A stretch of DNA of 64,000 nt. Source: Acidobacteriota bacterium (lineage in GTDB: Bacteria > Acidobacteriota > UBA6911 > RPQK01 > JAJDTT01). The notes beneath the pieces were generated by a model. That model saw only the letters and a program-made list of their open reading frames with translations, ran no database searches and was not told the DNA's origin. The stretch is taken from contig OZ242374.1 in the NCBI GenBank assembly GCA_965209055.1, forward strand, positions 4,160,001 through 4,224,000. The letters run 5' to 3'. A program made the translations under genes and the position numbers. Every line of letters starts with the position of its first letter. The stretch's first letter is position 1. Positions 55,703-64,000 of the stretch are shown piece by piece.

Positions 55703-58210
55703 TTATCGGACTTGAAATCCGTACAGATCAGCCTTCCGGACGTAAAACCGGAGACGAACCGGCTGGCCCCGCAGCGCTGAAAGATTCGACTTTTCGCGCC
55801 ACATGACCTCTTGCCGGGTGCTGTCGAAGGTCTCAATAAGGCAATCCTCGCGGCCATAGCCGGGCAGGGGACGGCCCTCTTCGTCCAGGACCTCTACCGT
55901 TACTCGACCCGCGCCGGCCGCGGCGTTCACCGTCAGACGGTTTCCCTGGAAGATCAATGGATGGGTCGTCAAGACACCTTCCTGCTCCCCAGCCTGTCTG
56001 GACGCGAACCCATTGGTCCGAAACTCCACGCGAAACGGCACGATCTCGTACTCCCAGCTTTTCTCGACGTGGTTACCGCGATTTTGCCCCGTGTGCGTCT
56101 CCAGCTCGGCCCAGAAGGCCTCCCGCACCTCCTCCATGGTCGGGTTGCACTGCGGCCGCCGCCAGCTCCAGATGCAGTCGTACATGGCCCATCCCGACCC
56201 CACCGGCGCCGGCGGGGACAGGTAGGGCCGTCCGTTGTAGGTCTTCTCGTCATAGATCTCGGAAGCCGGCACCGGAGGATCATCCAATCCTCCCCGCAAC
56301 CGGTTCAGGATCCAGGCGTTGAAATGCAGCGTGTTGGTCCCGTGGTAGAACGCCTCTGACCGGTCTCCATCCACCGGACCGTCGATGAGGCTGTAGACGA
56401 TCCCATGATCGAAGCTGCCATCGGGTCCGTTGGGGATCCAGGCCTGGTCCCCGCCCACGTCCTCCCAGTGGATCCCGTTCCGGCTCACCCAGATGTGGAC
56501 GTCCATCTGCTGCGTCTCGCAGTCGTAGAGCGGAAAGAACGCCACGTAGAGGTCGCCGATCTGCTTTACCCGCTGCATTCCGTAGCTCTGGTGTTTCGGA
56601 TGCTCCCGGGGCGGCGCCCAGATGTAGCTCCGGTGCCAGTTCACGCCGTCCCGCGTGGTCATGCGCCCCAGGTTCCGCGAGACCGCCCACTTGTTGTCGT
56701 AGCGCACCAGCCCCCGCCCCATGGCCGGAGGATGCGGCGCGAAGTACAACACCAGCTCACCTGTCCGCTCGTCGTAAAACATGGGCCCCAGGTTGTCGTT
56801 GGGGTTGTCCAACGATTCCAACTGCGAGTGATGCCGCATGAAGGGCCGTTCCGTGGTGAGATACCGGATCCCATCCGAGTCCGTGACCATGAGATACGTC
56901 CCCCGGAGGAAGAACATGTCTTCGGTCTTGGGGGTGTAGACCATGGTGGCGGTCCGAAGATCGGGCACCCCGCGAGTCCGGTAGTCCCAAAGTCCCCCGA
57001 AACTGCCCCTCGCTTCCATGTTGCTTCCGCGGGGAATGACCTCCAGGATGTTGTTGGCCCGGGATCCCTCGAACTCCACCAGGCCCAGATCCGGTTTGGT
57101 CCAACGCACGCCGTCACTGGAGACGGCCAGCAACCGGTGGCGGGGATTGAGGCTGTTGTATTCCAGTTCGTAACGATTCTTGTTTTCGTTGAATTCGTAT
57201 CTCGAGCCGACGGGGACCATGACCGCGTGCCCCTCCCAGGGCCGGTCCGCCCGGACGAGCGGCTGGCTGTCCAGCTTGCGGGCCGGATGGAAGACCCTCT
57301 TCAGATTCTGCTGTTCGTCGATCAGGAAGTCGTCCAGGAACAATTGGGGGGCCACCGGGATCTCGATGGGCGGCTCCGGTTTGGGCGGCGGCCCGTTCCG
57401 GAACACGTAAAGAGCCCGGCGGACGCCGTCGTCCCAGAGGTGCCCGTCGATCCGGGGCCGGACTCGAACGTGATATGTCTGAGGCTCCAGGTCCGTCAGG
57501 TCGAATGACACCCCGACCTTGTCCCGGGTCAGGCGGACCGGGCTGGAGGAGGATCTGAGGACACCGGTCCGGGCTTCCACAATATCCACTTCGACGGCCA
57601 GCTCGGTGACCGGTGCGCCCTTTTCCAGCCAGAGATCGATCTTGGCCGCGTTGTCGTCGATGTAGGCCAAGCGGTCCAGATCCGCTCCCACCCAGGTCTG
57701 GACGGGGAGACGCAGGTCGGTGGTGAACAGGGTCTTGCCGTCCTGCACCCGACGCGCCATGACGGTGACGAGATACTTGCCCGCGTCCTGCGTATCGACC
57801 CACCAGCCGGTGCGCAAGGGACGCCAACTTCTGGCCTGGGGACCCTTTCGGGTGTAGGCGGGGATCGGACGATAGGGCCCATGGGCCAGCAGCGGACCCA
57901 GATCGAAACTGTGCCGAGTGGCTTCCGGGCTCGGTTCCAGCAGTCGGCGCAAGGTCCGAGCCCCTCCCGCCGGGTATCCGACGGACACCTGAAGCTCGAC
58001 GGCCTCCGTGGCGCCGTATTGGAACTCGAGCCGGTGACCGGCCTCGCCGGCGAAGGCCAACTTGAATCCGGATGGGCCTGGTCCCTCTGCTTTCGGCTGC
58101 ACGAGATAGGGGGTCAGATCCACAGCGGCGGTCGGATCCTGGGATCGGACATCCTGCGCGAGACCCAGACAGACCAGGATCGGAGCCAAAAACCAACGGG
58201 TGTTTGTCAT
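55703..58210 (-). CDS. Secreted GH-like beta-propeller protein with N-terminal extension (paralogue)
   Basis: PQLFLDDFLI, SSDGVRWTKPDLGLVEFEGSRANN, SRNGIHW, FRTNGFAS, ADLYGFQ. Confidence 0.72.
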   Translation of the reverse strand: MTNTRWFLAPILVCLGLAQDVRSQDPTAAVDLTPYLVQPKAEGPGPSGFKLAFAGEAGHRLEFQYGATEAVELQVSVGYPAGGARTLRRLLEPSPEATRHSFDLGPLLAHGPYRPIPAYTRKGPQARSWRPLRTGWWVDTQDAGKYLVTVMARRVQDGKTLFTTDLRLPVQTWVGADLDRLAYIDDNAAKIDLWLEKGAPVTELAVEVDIVEARTGVLRSSSSPVRLTRDKVGVSFDLTDLEPQTYHVRVRPRIDGHLWDDGVRRALYVFRNGPPPKPEPPIEIPVAPQLFLDDFLIDEQQNLKRVFHPARKLDSQPLVRADRPWEGHAVMVPVGSRYEFNENKNRYELEYNSLNPRHRLLAVSSDGVRWTKPDLGLVEFEGSRANNILEVIPRGSNMEARGSFGGLWDYRTRGVPDLRTATMVYTPKTEDMFFLRGTYLMVTDSDGIRYLTTERPFMRHHSQLESLDNPNDNLGPMFYDERTGELVLYFAPHPPAMGRGLVRYDNKWAVSRNLGRMTTRDGVNWHRSYIWAPPREHPKHQSYGMQRVKQIGDLYVAFFPLYDCETQQMDVHIWVSRNGIHWEDVGGDQAWIPNGPDGSFDHGIVYSLIDGPVDGDRSEAFYHGTNTLHFNAWILNRLRGGLDDPPVPASEIYDEKTYNGRPYLSPPAPVGSGWAMYDCIWSWRRPQCNPTMEEVREAFWAELETHTGQNRGNHVEKSWEYEIVPFRVEFRTNGFASRQAGEQEGVLTTHPLIFQGNRLTVNAAAGAGRVTVEVLDEEGRPLPGYGREDCLIETFDSTRQEVMWREKSNLSALRGQPVRLRFYVRKADLYGFQVR

Positions 58211-58513
58211 TATTACGGTGCCTCCGCGGAGTGTTGTGCCTTGGGATTCGGCAATCCGGCCTCGGAATATTTCCGCGGCGAACGTCCCCCGGTAACGGGA
58301 CCGGGGCGTGGCTAGCCGGACCAAGTGCGATAGCTGAGCATTCTAGCCCTTCTCCGGCGGAGGGGCCATGACGCGGGAAGTATCGATGTTTCAAGTCGTG
58401 GGTGCGGTGTCCGCCCAACTTCGCACTCTGTAGTGACAACAGCGAAAACCCGGTCCAGGGATCGACCAATCCACAATCGACACGGAGCCCGTGCAACCAT
58501 ATCCTGTGTCGAT

Positions 58514-58950
58514 ATGAAACCTAACTCTCTCGGTTGATGCCGCCGTCGCTGTACGGGCCCGAAAAGCGGCTGCTGCCCTGGGACTGAGCTTGAATCAAGC
58601 CGTACGGAATTATCTCATCGATCTCGCTGGCTGCTCGTCGCGGGAGGTCGTTGCCGCCGAGGTGGCTCGCCTGTCACATCAAGCCCACGGTGACCGGGCA
58701 GATTGGAAATTCGACCGCGAGCAGATTCAAGAGCGCCCGTAGTTTCCTGGACACGAACGTACTGGTCTGCATTGACGACGCTTTCGGACCCCGCAAGCAA
58801 AGGCAGGCACTTGAACTCTACCGCAAGTGTTGCACGACCGGTCGCGCCGCCTTGGCAACCAATTGTTCGGTGCTGTATTCGGAGGATCTCCAGCACGGAT
58901 TCAAGACAAACGGCCTGCAGATCCGGAATCCCTTCACCGAAACGGCGTAA
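58514..58950 (+). pseudogene. Decayed VapBC-type toxin-antitoxin pair (RHH antitoxin + PIN toxin)
   Basis: Antitoxin M/NLTLSVD...RARKAA...SLNQAVRNYL...WKFDREQIQER is frameshifted right after the ATG. PIN fragment SFLDTNVLV is joined directly to AALATNCSVLYSEDLQHG...IRNPF, with the middle deleted and no start codon. Confidence 0.8.
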
Positions 58951-59022
58951 TCGCTCCCTCTCTCCGCCGCTTGTGGGCGACAACATTGTCTTCTGCACGC
59001 TCCAATCGGGTAGGCTTTAGCG

Positions 59023-60498
59023 ATGCTGTTGGGCAAGACGATCCTCTCATTGCTGCTTTTCACATGCGCTGCCATCGCGTCGGACTGGACGCGGTTCAGG
59101 GGGCCGAACGGAACCGGAGTCGCTGAAGAGGGCCCGCTGCCCGTGGCCTTCGGACCCGGGTCCAACGTGATCTGGGAGACGAGTCTGCCTCCGGGCAAAT
59201 CCTCTCCGATCCTGACGGACAGCAGAATCTTCCTGACGGCCCACGATGGGGACAGGCTCCTCACCATCGCCCTCGACCGCTCGACCGGCCAGGAGGTCTG
59301 GCGCCGGGCCGCGCCCTCCAGAAGAGTCGAGCGGATGCACCGGCTGAACGACGAGGCCGCGCCGACTCCGGTCACCGACGGGACCAACGTCTACGCGTTC
59401 TTCGGCGGGTATGGGCTCGTCGCCTACGGTCCGGACGGAACCGAACTCTGGACGCTGCCCATGGGGCCGTTCTCTAATTTTCACGGCATGGGGTCCTCCC
59501 CGATCCTGGTCGACGGGAAGCTGGTCCAAGTCTGCGACCAGGACCTCGACGCCTTTGTCGTCGCAGTGGATCCAGCCGGCGGAAAGATTCTCTGGAAGCA
59601 GGCGCGGCCCGACTTCGTGCACAGCTTCTCGACGCCCGTGGTCCACGAACGCGGGCAGGGAAGACCCGAGATCATCGTCCCGGGGTCTTACCGCATGACC
59701 GGCTACGCGACGGACGGCCGCGAACTGTGGCGGCTCGACGGACTGACCTACCAGGTCAAATCCGTGCCGGTCGTCGCCGGGGACCGGCTTTACTTCAACG
59801 GGTGGGCTCCCGGGGGAGAACCGGACGTCCGCCTCGAGTTGCCGCCGTTTGAGGAGATGCGGGACCGGTTCGACACGAACGGCGATTCGGAGTTGACCAA
59901 GCAGGAGATCCCCTCGGAATGGCTGCCCCGCGGTTGGGAGATGCACGACCGGAACAAGAACGGCACCATGGACGCACGGGACTGGGCGCACTACCGGGCC
60001 CGCCGGATCTCCGAGAACGGGTGCATGGCCATTCGCCTCGGCGGCCGGGGGAACGTGACCAAGTCTCACCTGCTCTGGCGTCATCAGAAGTCGCTGCCCG
60101 ACGTCGCTTCACCGATTCTCTATCGCGGTGTGCTCTACCTCGTGCGTAACGGCGGCATCGTGACGGCTTTGGATCCGGATAGCGGAAAGGTCCTCAAACA
60201 GGGCAGGCTGCAGGAAGCTCTGGACGGCTTCTACGCTTCTCCCGTGGCCGGGGACGGCAAGATCTACATGGTGAGCGACGCCGGGAAAGCCGTGGTGTTG
60301 GAACCCGGGCGCGACTGGAAGGTGCTGCAGACCAACGACCTGAACGAGGACGTGTACGCGACACCGGCGATTACCGGCGGGCGTCTCTTCATTCGAACGC
60401 AGAGCCGGCTCTATTGTTTCGGCGCGCGTGACGAGATTGCGAGGGGTGGGAGGGGGGACAGTCTTGTCCCCCATTCACCTCGTTCTGACCCCCGATGA
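59023..60498 (+). CDS. PQQ-binding-like beta-propeller protein (BamB-like) with EF-hand-like insert
   Basis: DWTRFRGPNGTG, GKSSPI, GMGSSPIL, FYASPVAGDGKIY, YATPAI; DTNGDSELTKQE and DRNKNGTMD. Confidence 0.85.
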   Translation: MLLGKTILSLLLFTCAAIASDWTRFRGPNGTGVAEEGPLPVAFGPGSNVIWETSLPPGKSSPILTDSRIFLTAHDGDRLLTIALDRSTGQEVWRRAAPSRRVERMHRLNDEAAPTPVTDGTNVYAFFGGYGLVAYGPDGTELWTLPMGPFSNFHGMGSSPILVDGKLVQVCDQDLDAFVVAVDPAGGKILWKQARPDFVHSFSTPVVHERGQGRPEIIVPGSYRMTGYATDGRELWRLDGLTYQVKSVPVVAGDRLYFNGWAPGGEPDVRLELPPFEEMRDRFDTNGDSELTKQEIPSEWLPRGWEMHDRNKNGTMDARDWAHYRARRISENGCMAIRLGGRGNVTKSHLLWRHQKSLPDVASPILYRGVLYLVRNGGIVTALDPDSGKVLKQGRLQEALDGFYASPVAGDGKIYMVSDAGKAVVLEPGRDWKVLQTNDLNEDVYATPAITGGRLFIRTQSRLYCFGARDEIARGGRGDSLVPHSPRSDPR

Positions 60499-60567
60499 TG
60501 TTCGGAAATTCGGCGGCTGACGGCAAAGCGGGTTCCGCCGCAACGTCCCAAATTCAGGCCTTTACAA

Positions 60568-61329
60568 CTAGAAACGATATCCGACCCCCAATTCCAGAGA
60601 TTGGGAGGCGGCCGTGTCGAGATACGCACCAACGAACGAGTAGCCCGCCCGCAAGACAACGCGCGGCGCCAGGCTCACCAGCACACCCGCACGGAGATTC
60701 AATGGCAGGATAGATACCATGTCCCTGGACTCCACAAATTCTTCAGAGCGGACAAGGATGCGGTTTCCATCCGGTTTCTCCTGTTCTTGAGCCGGTTGAT
60801 ACCTGATCAGTTGGCGCTGTTGCTCGAACCCAAGGCCGCCGCCGATGTAGGTTGAGAATCGATCCCTTCTCCACAGCCAGACGACGGATGGCAGAACGGA
60901 AATCAGTCTCTGCGTCGTAACGTCGTTGTTCTGAATCCCCGGATTCTGTCTGTAGAACTCTGTGAATGGATGGTAGGTGTATCGATTGTGAGGCCCTTCG
61001 TTGACTTCCAGATGGCTCGTGACGCCATCGATCATCAGCGCCCACTTCGATCCCAGAGGCAACAGGCCACCGACCCCGATTTGTGGTTTCCATTCCCCGC
61101 CTTTCAACACGTGCGATGTATTCCCAAAATAGTAAGCGCCTGTTAATCCGTAGATCTCTATTGCGGGATCCCTCTGTTGCGCACAGAGCGGCCCCCAACT
61201 GAAGAGTTGCAACGTTGCCGCAAGGGCGAAAAGGTACGGACGCCACGGAGTCGACCGCAGCGAGGGTATCAGTCCCATCGTTGAGAATTTGGTGAAACGT
61301 TTTCCGGGGTTTCGGGGGATGTTTTTCAT
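60568..61329 (-). CDS. Outer-membrane beta-barrel domain protein (start uncertain)
   Basis: Signal-like segment, alternating strands (TYIGGGLGF, LRAGVLV, LRAGYSF), C-terminal LGVGYRF. Confidence 0.65.
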   Translation of the reverse strand: MKNIPRNPGKRFTKFSTMGLIPSLRSTPWRPYLFALAATLQLFSWGPLCAQQRDPAIEIYGLTGAYYFGNTSHVLKGGEWKPQIGVGGLLPLGSKWALMIDGVTSHLEVNEGPHNRYTYHPFTEFYRQNPGIQNNDVTTQRLISVLPSVVWLWRRDRFSTYIGGGLGFEQQRQLIRYQPAQEQEKPDGNRILVRSEEFVESRDMVSILPLNLRAGVLVSLAPRVVLRAGYSFVGAYLDTAASQSLELGVGYRF

Positions 61330-61616
61330 GGCGTCTCCAAGCTCACTGAAGACAAATGTGTTTTTTTCTCCGGAAAGGGCTCACCGGGCAAAAAATTAAT
61401 GGGATCGAGCGGCTCAGGACTGATCCACTCCTTCGAGGTCTGACAATTTCGACGGCCACTTTCCTGCATCCGTACATGGTCGCCAGCATTCCCGTTGCTC
61501 TGACACTGAGAAATCTCGCCTGGACACGCATCCAAGATAGTGGTGGCAACAATCTTTAGGTTGCGTGATTCAAATTCCCGTCAATACAAGGCCGACGAAC
61601 CGCAGGGGGAGTGAAT

Positions 61617-61883
61617 ATGGAATCGAGACAAATTGTCAGGTTGGCTGATTGGTACAGCCGGGTGGTGTTTGGGGTGATTGAGGTAGCACTCGCAATCCTG
61701 GCGGGCCAAGGGGCGTGTTCGATGGAACCGGTCGCGCGCGCACAGTCCGGGCCATGCGGGTCACCGGATCAACCGTGCTTCGTTCGGATTCCGGCTCTTG
61801 AAGATATGATCCAGGTTGATCACCCGCACCGACAACCCAGGTTGAGAGTTCACGTGGTCAATCGAGTGAATACCTCCAAATGA
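61617..61883 (+). CDS. Small hypothetical single-TM protein with CG-x4-PC motif
   Basis: GGGGAG RBS; DWYSRVVFGVIEVALAILAG...AQSGPCGSPDQPCFV; fills an otherwise empty gap. Confidence 0.4.
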   Translation: MESRQIVRLADWYSRVVFGVIEVALAILAGQGACSMEPVARAQSGPCGSPDQPCFVRIPALEDMIQVDHPHRQPRLRVHVVNRVNTSK

Positions 61884-62132
61884 GAACTCCGGATCAGCTA
61901 GGGAACTGTCCCTTCTCTGTCCAGAGTTCCGCGCGGTCCCGAGCCATTCCACGAAGCCCAGAGGAAGGGCCTACCGCGGCTCTGTTTTCTCTTCCATGCC
62001 TATGGCGATATTTCGGGGGCTTGACGGCAATTTCAGGGCGGAGAGGACGGACGATGATGCAACCGCACGGGCGCCCATGCTTTCGAGCTCCATTGTGAAA
62101 ATTGGTCACGCGGGGGTTAACAACCCCCGCTC

Positions 62133-63254
62133 CTAATACGACAGCGACCGGGAATCGAGCCGGTGGATCGTCGCCGCTTTCATGGCGTCCCAGTCGACTT
62201 CCACCCCCAGGCCGGGCCCCGATGGCGCGACGACATGTCCGTCGGGACCGGTGCGGATCACGTCGTGCATCCCGTATTCGTACGGTTCCCACGGGACCGC
62301 CTGCTCGAAATAGGTGCTCAGTCCGGTCCCCAGCATCAGGTGGAGGTTGGCGGCGGAGACCAGCGTGGTGCCCCAGGCCATGACCTCGCAGCGCATACCC
62401 GCGGCTTTCGCTGCGGCCAGGTACTTCCGGCCCCCTGTGAAGCCGCCGGCGACTGCGACGTCGGTCCGGGCCGCCGTCCAACATTGGGTCGCCACTGCGT
62501 GTTTGAATGCCGTCAGGTCCTGAAGCCAATTCCCCGAGGGAATGACCGGAACCCCAACGCTCTGGGTCAGCTCGCGATAACCCGGCAGGTCGTAGTCAAA
62601 CAGAGGAGCTTCGAACCAGGTGAATCCCAAGTCGTGCAGCTCTGCGCCGACCCGCTTGGCGCTCTGCAGGTCGTAGTTGTTTTCCGCGTCCAACATGAAG
62701 GCCACACCGTCGCCGAATTCCTTGCGGGCGGCGCGGGCCAGCTCCAGGTCCTTTTCCGGAAGGCACCAGCAGTGGAACTTCACGGCCGAAAAGCCGCGCT
62801 CGATCATTTCTTCGATAAAGCGGAGGTACGTCGGCACGTCGTCCAGCATCGGCGTGCTGGCATACGATGGGATTCGATCCATTGCTCCTCCCAAGAGTTG
62901 ATAGAGGGGTTTTCCGGCGGCCTTTCCCCTCAAGTCCCACAACGCGATGTCGATGACGGACAGGGCTTGCGGCGGAAGGGGAAAGACCCGCGGCCACAGG
63001 CTTTTCCAGATCTCTTCCCGCGCCGTGGCGTCCCGGCCGACCACCGCGGGGATCAGGTGCCGCAATGTCTCGCAGGTGTAGCGATCAAAATCGTAGGACG
63101 TGCTGTTCCAAACGCCGCCGATGCCCTCATGGCCGTCCTTCGTCGTGATCCGGACGATGGTATGGGTCGTGTACTGCTCATCCAGGTCGTGCGACCACGT
63201 AAAGCGCTGAACTTTCGGCGCCACGACCATGACTTCGACACGTTCGATCTGCAT
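62133..63254 (-). CDS. Mandelate racemase/muconate lactonizing enzyme family protein
   Basis: IDIALWDLRGKAAGKPLYQLLGG, IPSYAS, MLDA, WFEAP, PSGPGLGVEVD. Confidence 0.9.
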   Translation of the reverse strand: MQIERVEVMVVAPKVQRFTWSHDLDEQYTTHTIVRITTKDGHEGIGGVWNSTSYDFDRYTCETLRHLIPAVVGRDATAREEIWKSLWPRVFPLPPQALSVIDIALWDLRGKAAGKPLYQLLGGAMDRIPSYASTPMLDDVPTYLRFIEEMIERGFSAVKFHCWCLPEKDLELARAARKEFGDGVAFMLDAENNYDLQSAKRVGAELHDLGFTWFEAPLFDYDLPGYRELTQSVGVPVIPSGNWLQDLTAFKHAVATQCWTAARTDVAVAGGFTGGRKYLAAAKAAGMRCEVMAWGTTLVSAANLHLMLGTGLSTYFEQAVPWEPYEYGMHDVIRTGPDGHVVAPSGPGLGVEVDWDAMKAATIHRLDSRSLSY

Positions 63255-63541
63255 GAGGACCGTCCTCCGGGGGGGTGGGGGCTCTACCGTAACGGCGCTC
63301 GTACCGGCCACAACCGGCCCCTTCTCCCTCTGATCCTGTCACTCTTCCGATCAGGGTTCCTGGCGACGAAACGTTCTTGAAAACGCAGGACGATGTCAAG
63401 GGAGCCCGCCCGGGGCCGGTGCTTGACACGCGGTAAAAAAGCGAACCTAATGCTCCGAAGCGTTCCTCAACGCACGGATGCCCGGAGCCGTTGCGGCAGC
63501 GCATGCTCCGGGCCGGTCACAACGGATCGAGGGGATCGACC

Positions 63542-64000
63542 ATGCAGCAATCGATCACCAGCGTCGCCCGGAATGTCGATGACCTGACCGCGGTTTGGAG
63601 CGGTGGCGAACGCACCCGTCTTCCCTACCTCTGGCTGCGCGACAATTGCGGTTGCAGCGAGTGCCGCGTCGTGCAGACCACGGAGAAGCGGTTCCACATC
63701 TTCCGGGTCGCCAAGGACCTGAGACCGTTGCAGGTCAGCATCGAACGCACCGGATCCGAGCACGAAGCCATCTCCATCGCCTGGCCGGACGGACACCGCA
63801 CGCGCTTTCGGTCACGCGAGATCCACGGCCTCCTGAGCCGGCCTCGTTTGGACCTGCGCTACTGGGACAGCCGGTTCCAGCCGCGCAAGTACGACTATCA
63901 ACGGTTCCTGGCGGACGACAGCACGGCGGCGGAGATGATCGAGGAGATTCTGCGGACCGGGGTCTGCGTGCTGGTCGACGCCCCCACGGATCCGGATTCG
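63542..64000 (+). CDS. Gamma-butyrobetaine hydroxylase-like TauD/TfdA dioxygenase, partial; runs off the window end
   Basis: Manual translation: YLWLRDNCGCSEC, IAWPDGHRTRF (GBBH N-terminal Zn domain), GVCVLVDAPT; GAGGGG RBS. Confidence 0.82.
   Translation, partial: MQQSITSVARNVDDLTAVWSGGERTRLPYLWLRDNCGCSECRVVQTTEKRFHIFRVAKDLRPLQVSIERTGSEHEAISIAWPDGHRTRFRSREIHGLLSRPRLDLRYWDSRFQPRKYDYQRFLADDSTAAEMIEEILRTGVCVLVDAPTDPDS

Noticed and set aside
63423-63451. Sigma70-like promoter TTGACA-N17-CCTAAT upstream of the GBBH-like gene
   Set aside because: Perfect -35 but weak -10; not enough to call without TSS data.
1-64000. rRNA, tRNA (including tRNA-Sec) or riboswitches
   Set aside because: None recognised by eye in the intergenic regions; a covariance-model search would be needed to exclude them.

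Overview
GC-rich bacterial window. Gene content (three DUF1549/DUF1553-cytochrome + DUF1501 pairs, several GH-like beta-propeller paralogues, FG-GAP, ankyrin and Fn3-like domains) resembles Acidobacteriota or PVC-like organisms, possibly a host-associated symbiont; this is inference. Most genes are ordinary metabolic or envelope genes (cysK, galM, aminotransferase, M23 peptidase, Nramp, MFS, enolase-superfamily enzymes, an iron-uptake porin/imelysin/di-heme operon). Two things stand out. (1) At 8.1-10.85 kb there is a tandemly duplicated module: a membrane-anchored ankyrin protein followed by small secreted peptides. All three peptides share a palindromic 8-Cys spacing (C-x3-C-x6-C-x10-C-x8-C-x10-C-x6-C-x3-C), and both copies share an upstream dyad and a downstream hairpin. 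(2) At 29.7-32.5 kb an FG-GAP/ASPIC-UnbV/TlpA-thioredoxin fusion is interrupted by one in-frame UGA directly followed by a bacterial-SECIS-like hairpin, making it a candidate selenoprotein. Also present are an intact IS1634-family element inserted in the loop of a REP-like palindrome, an IS1634 remnant, three decayed toxin-antitoxin-type modules and a probable type III restriction-enzyme relic. All calls come from reading motifs by eye; no database searches were run.
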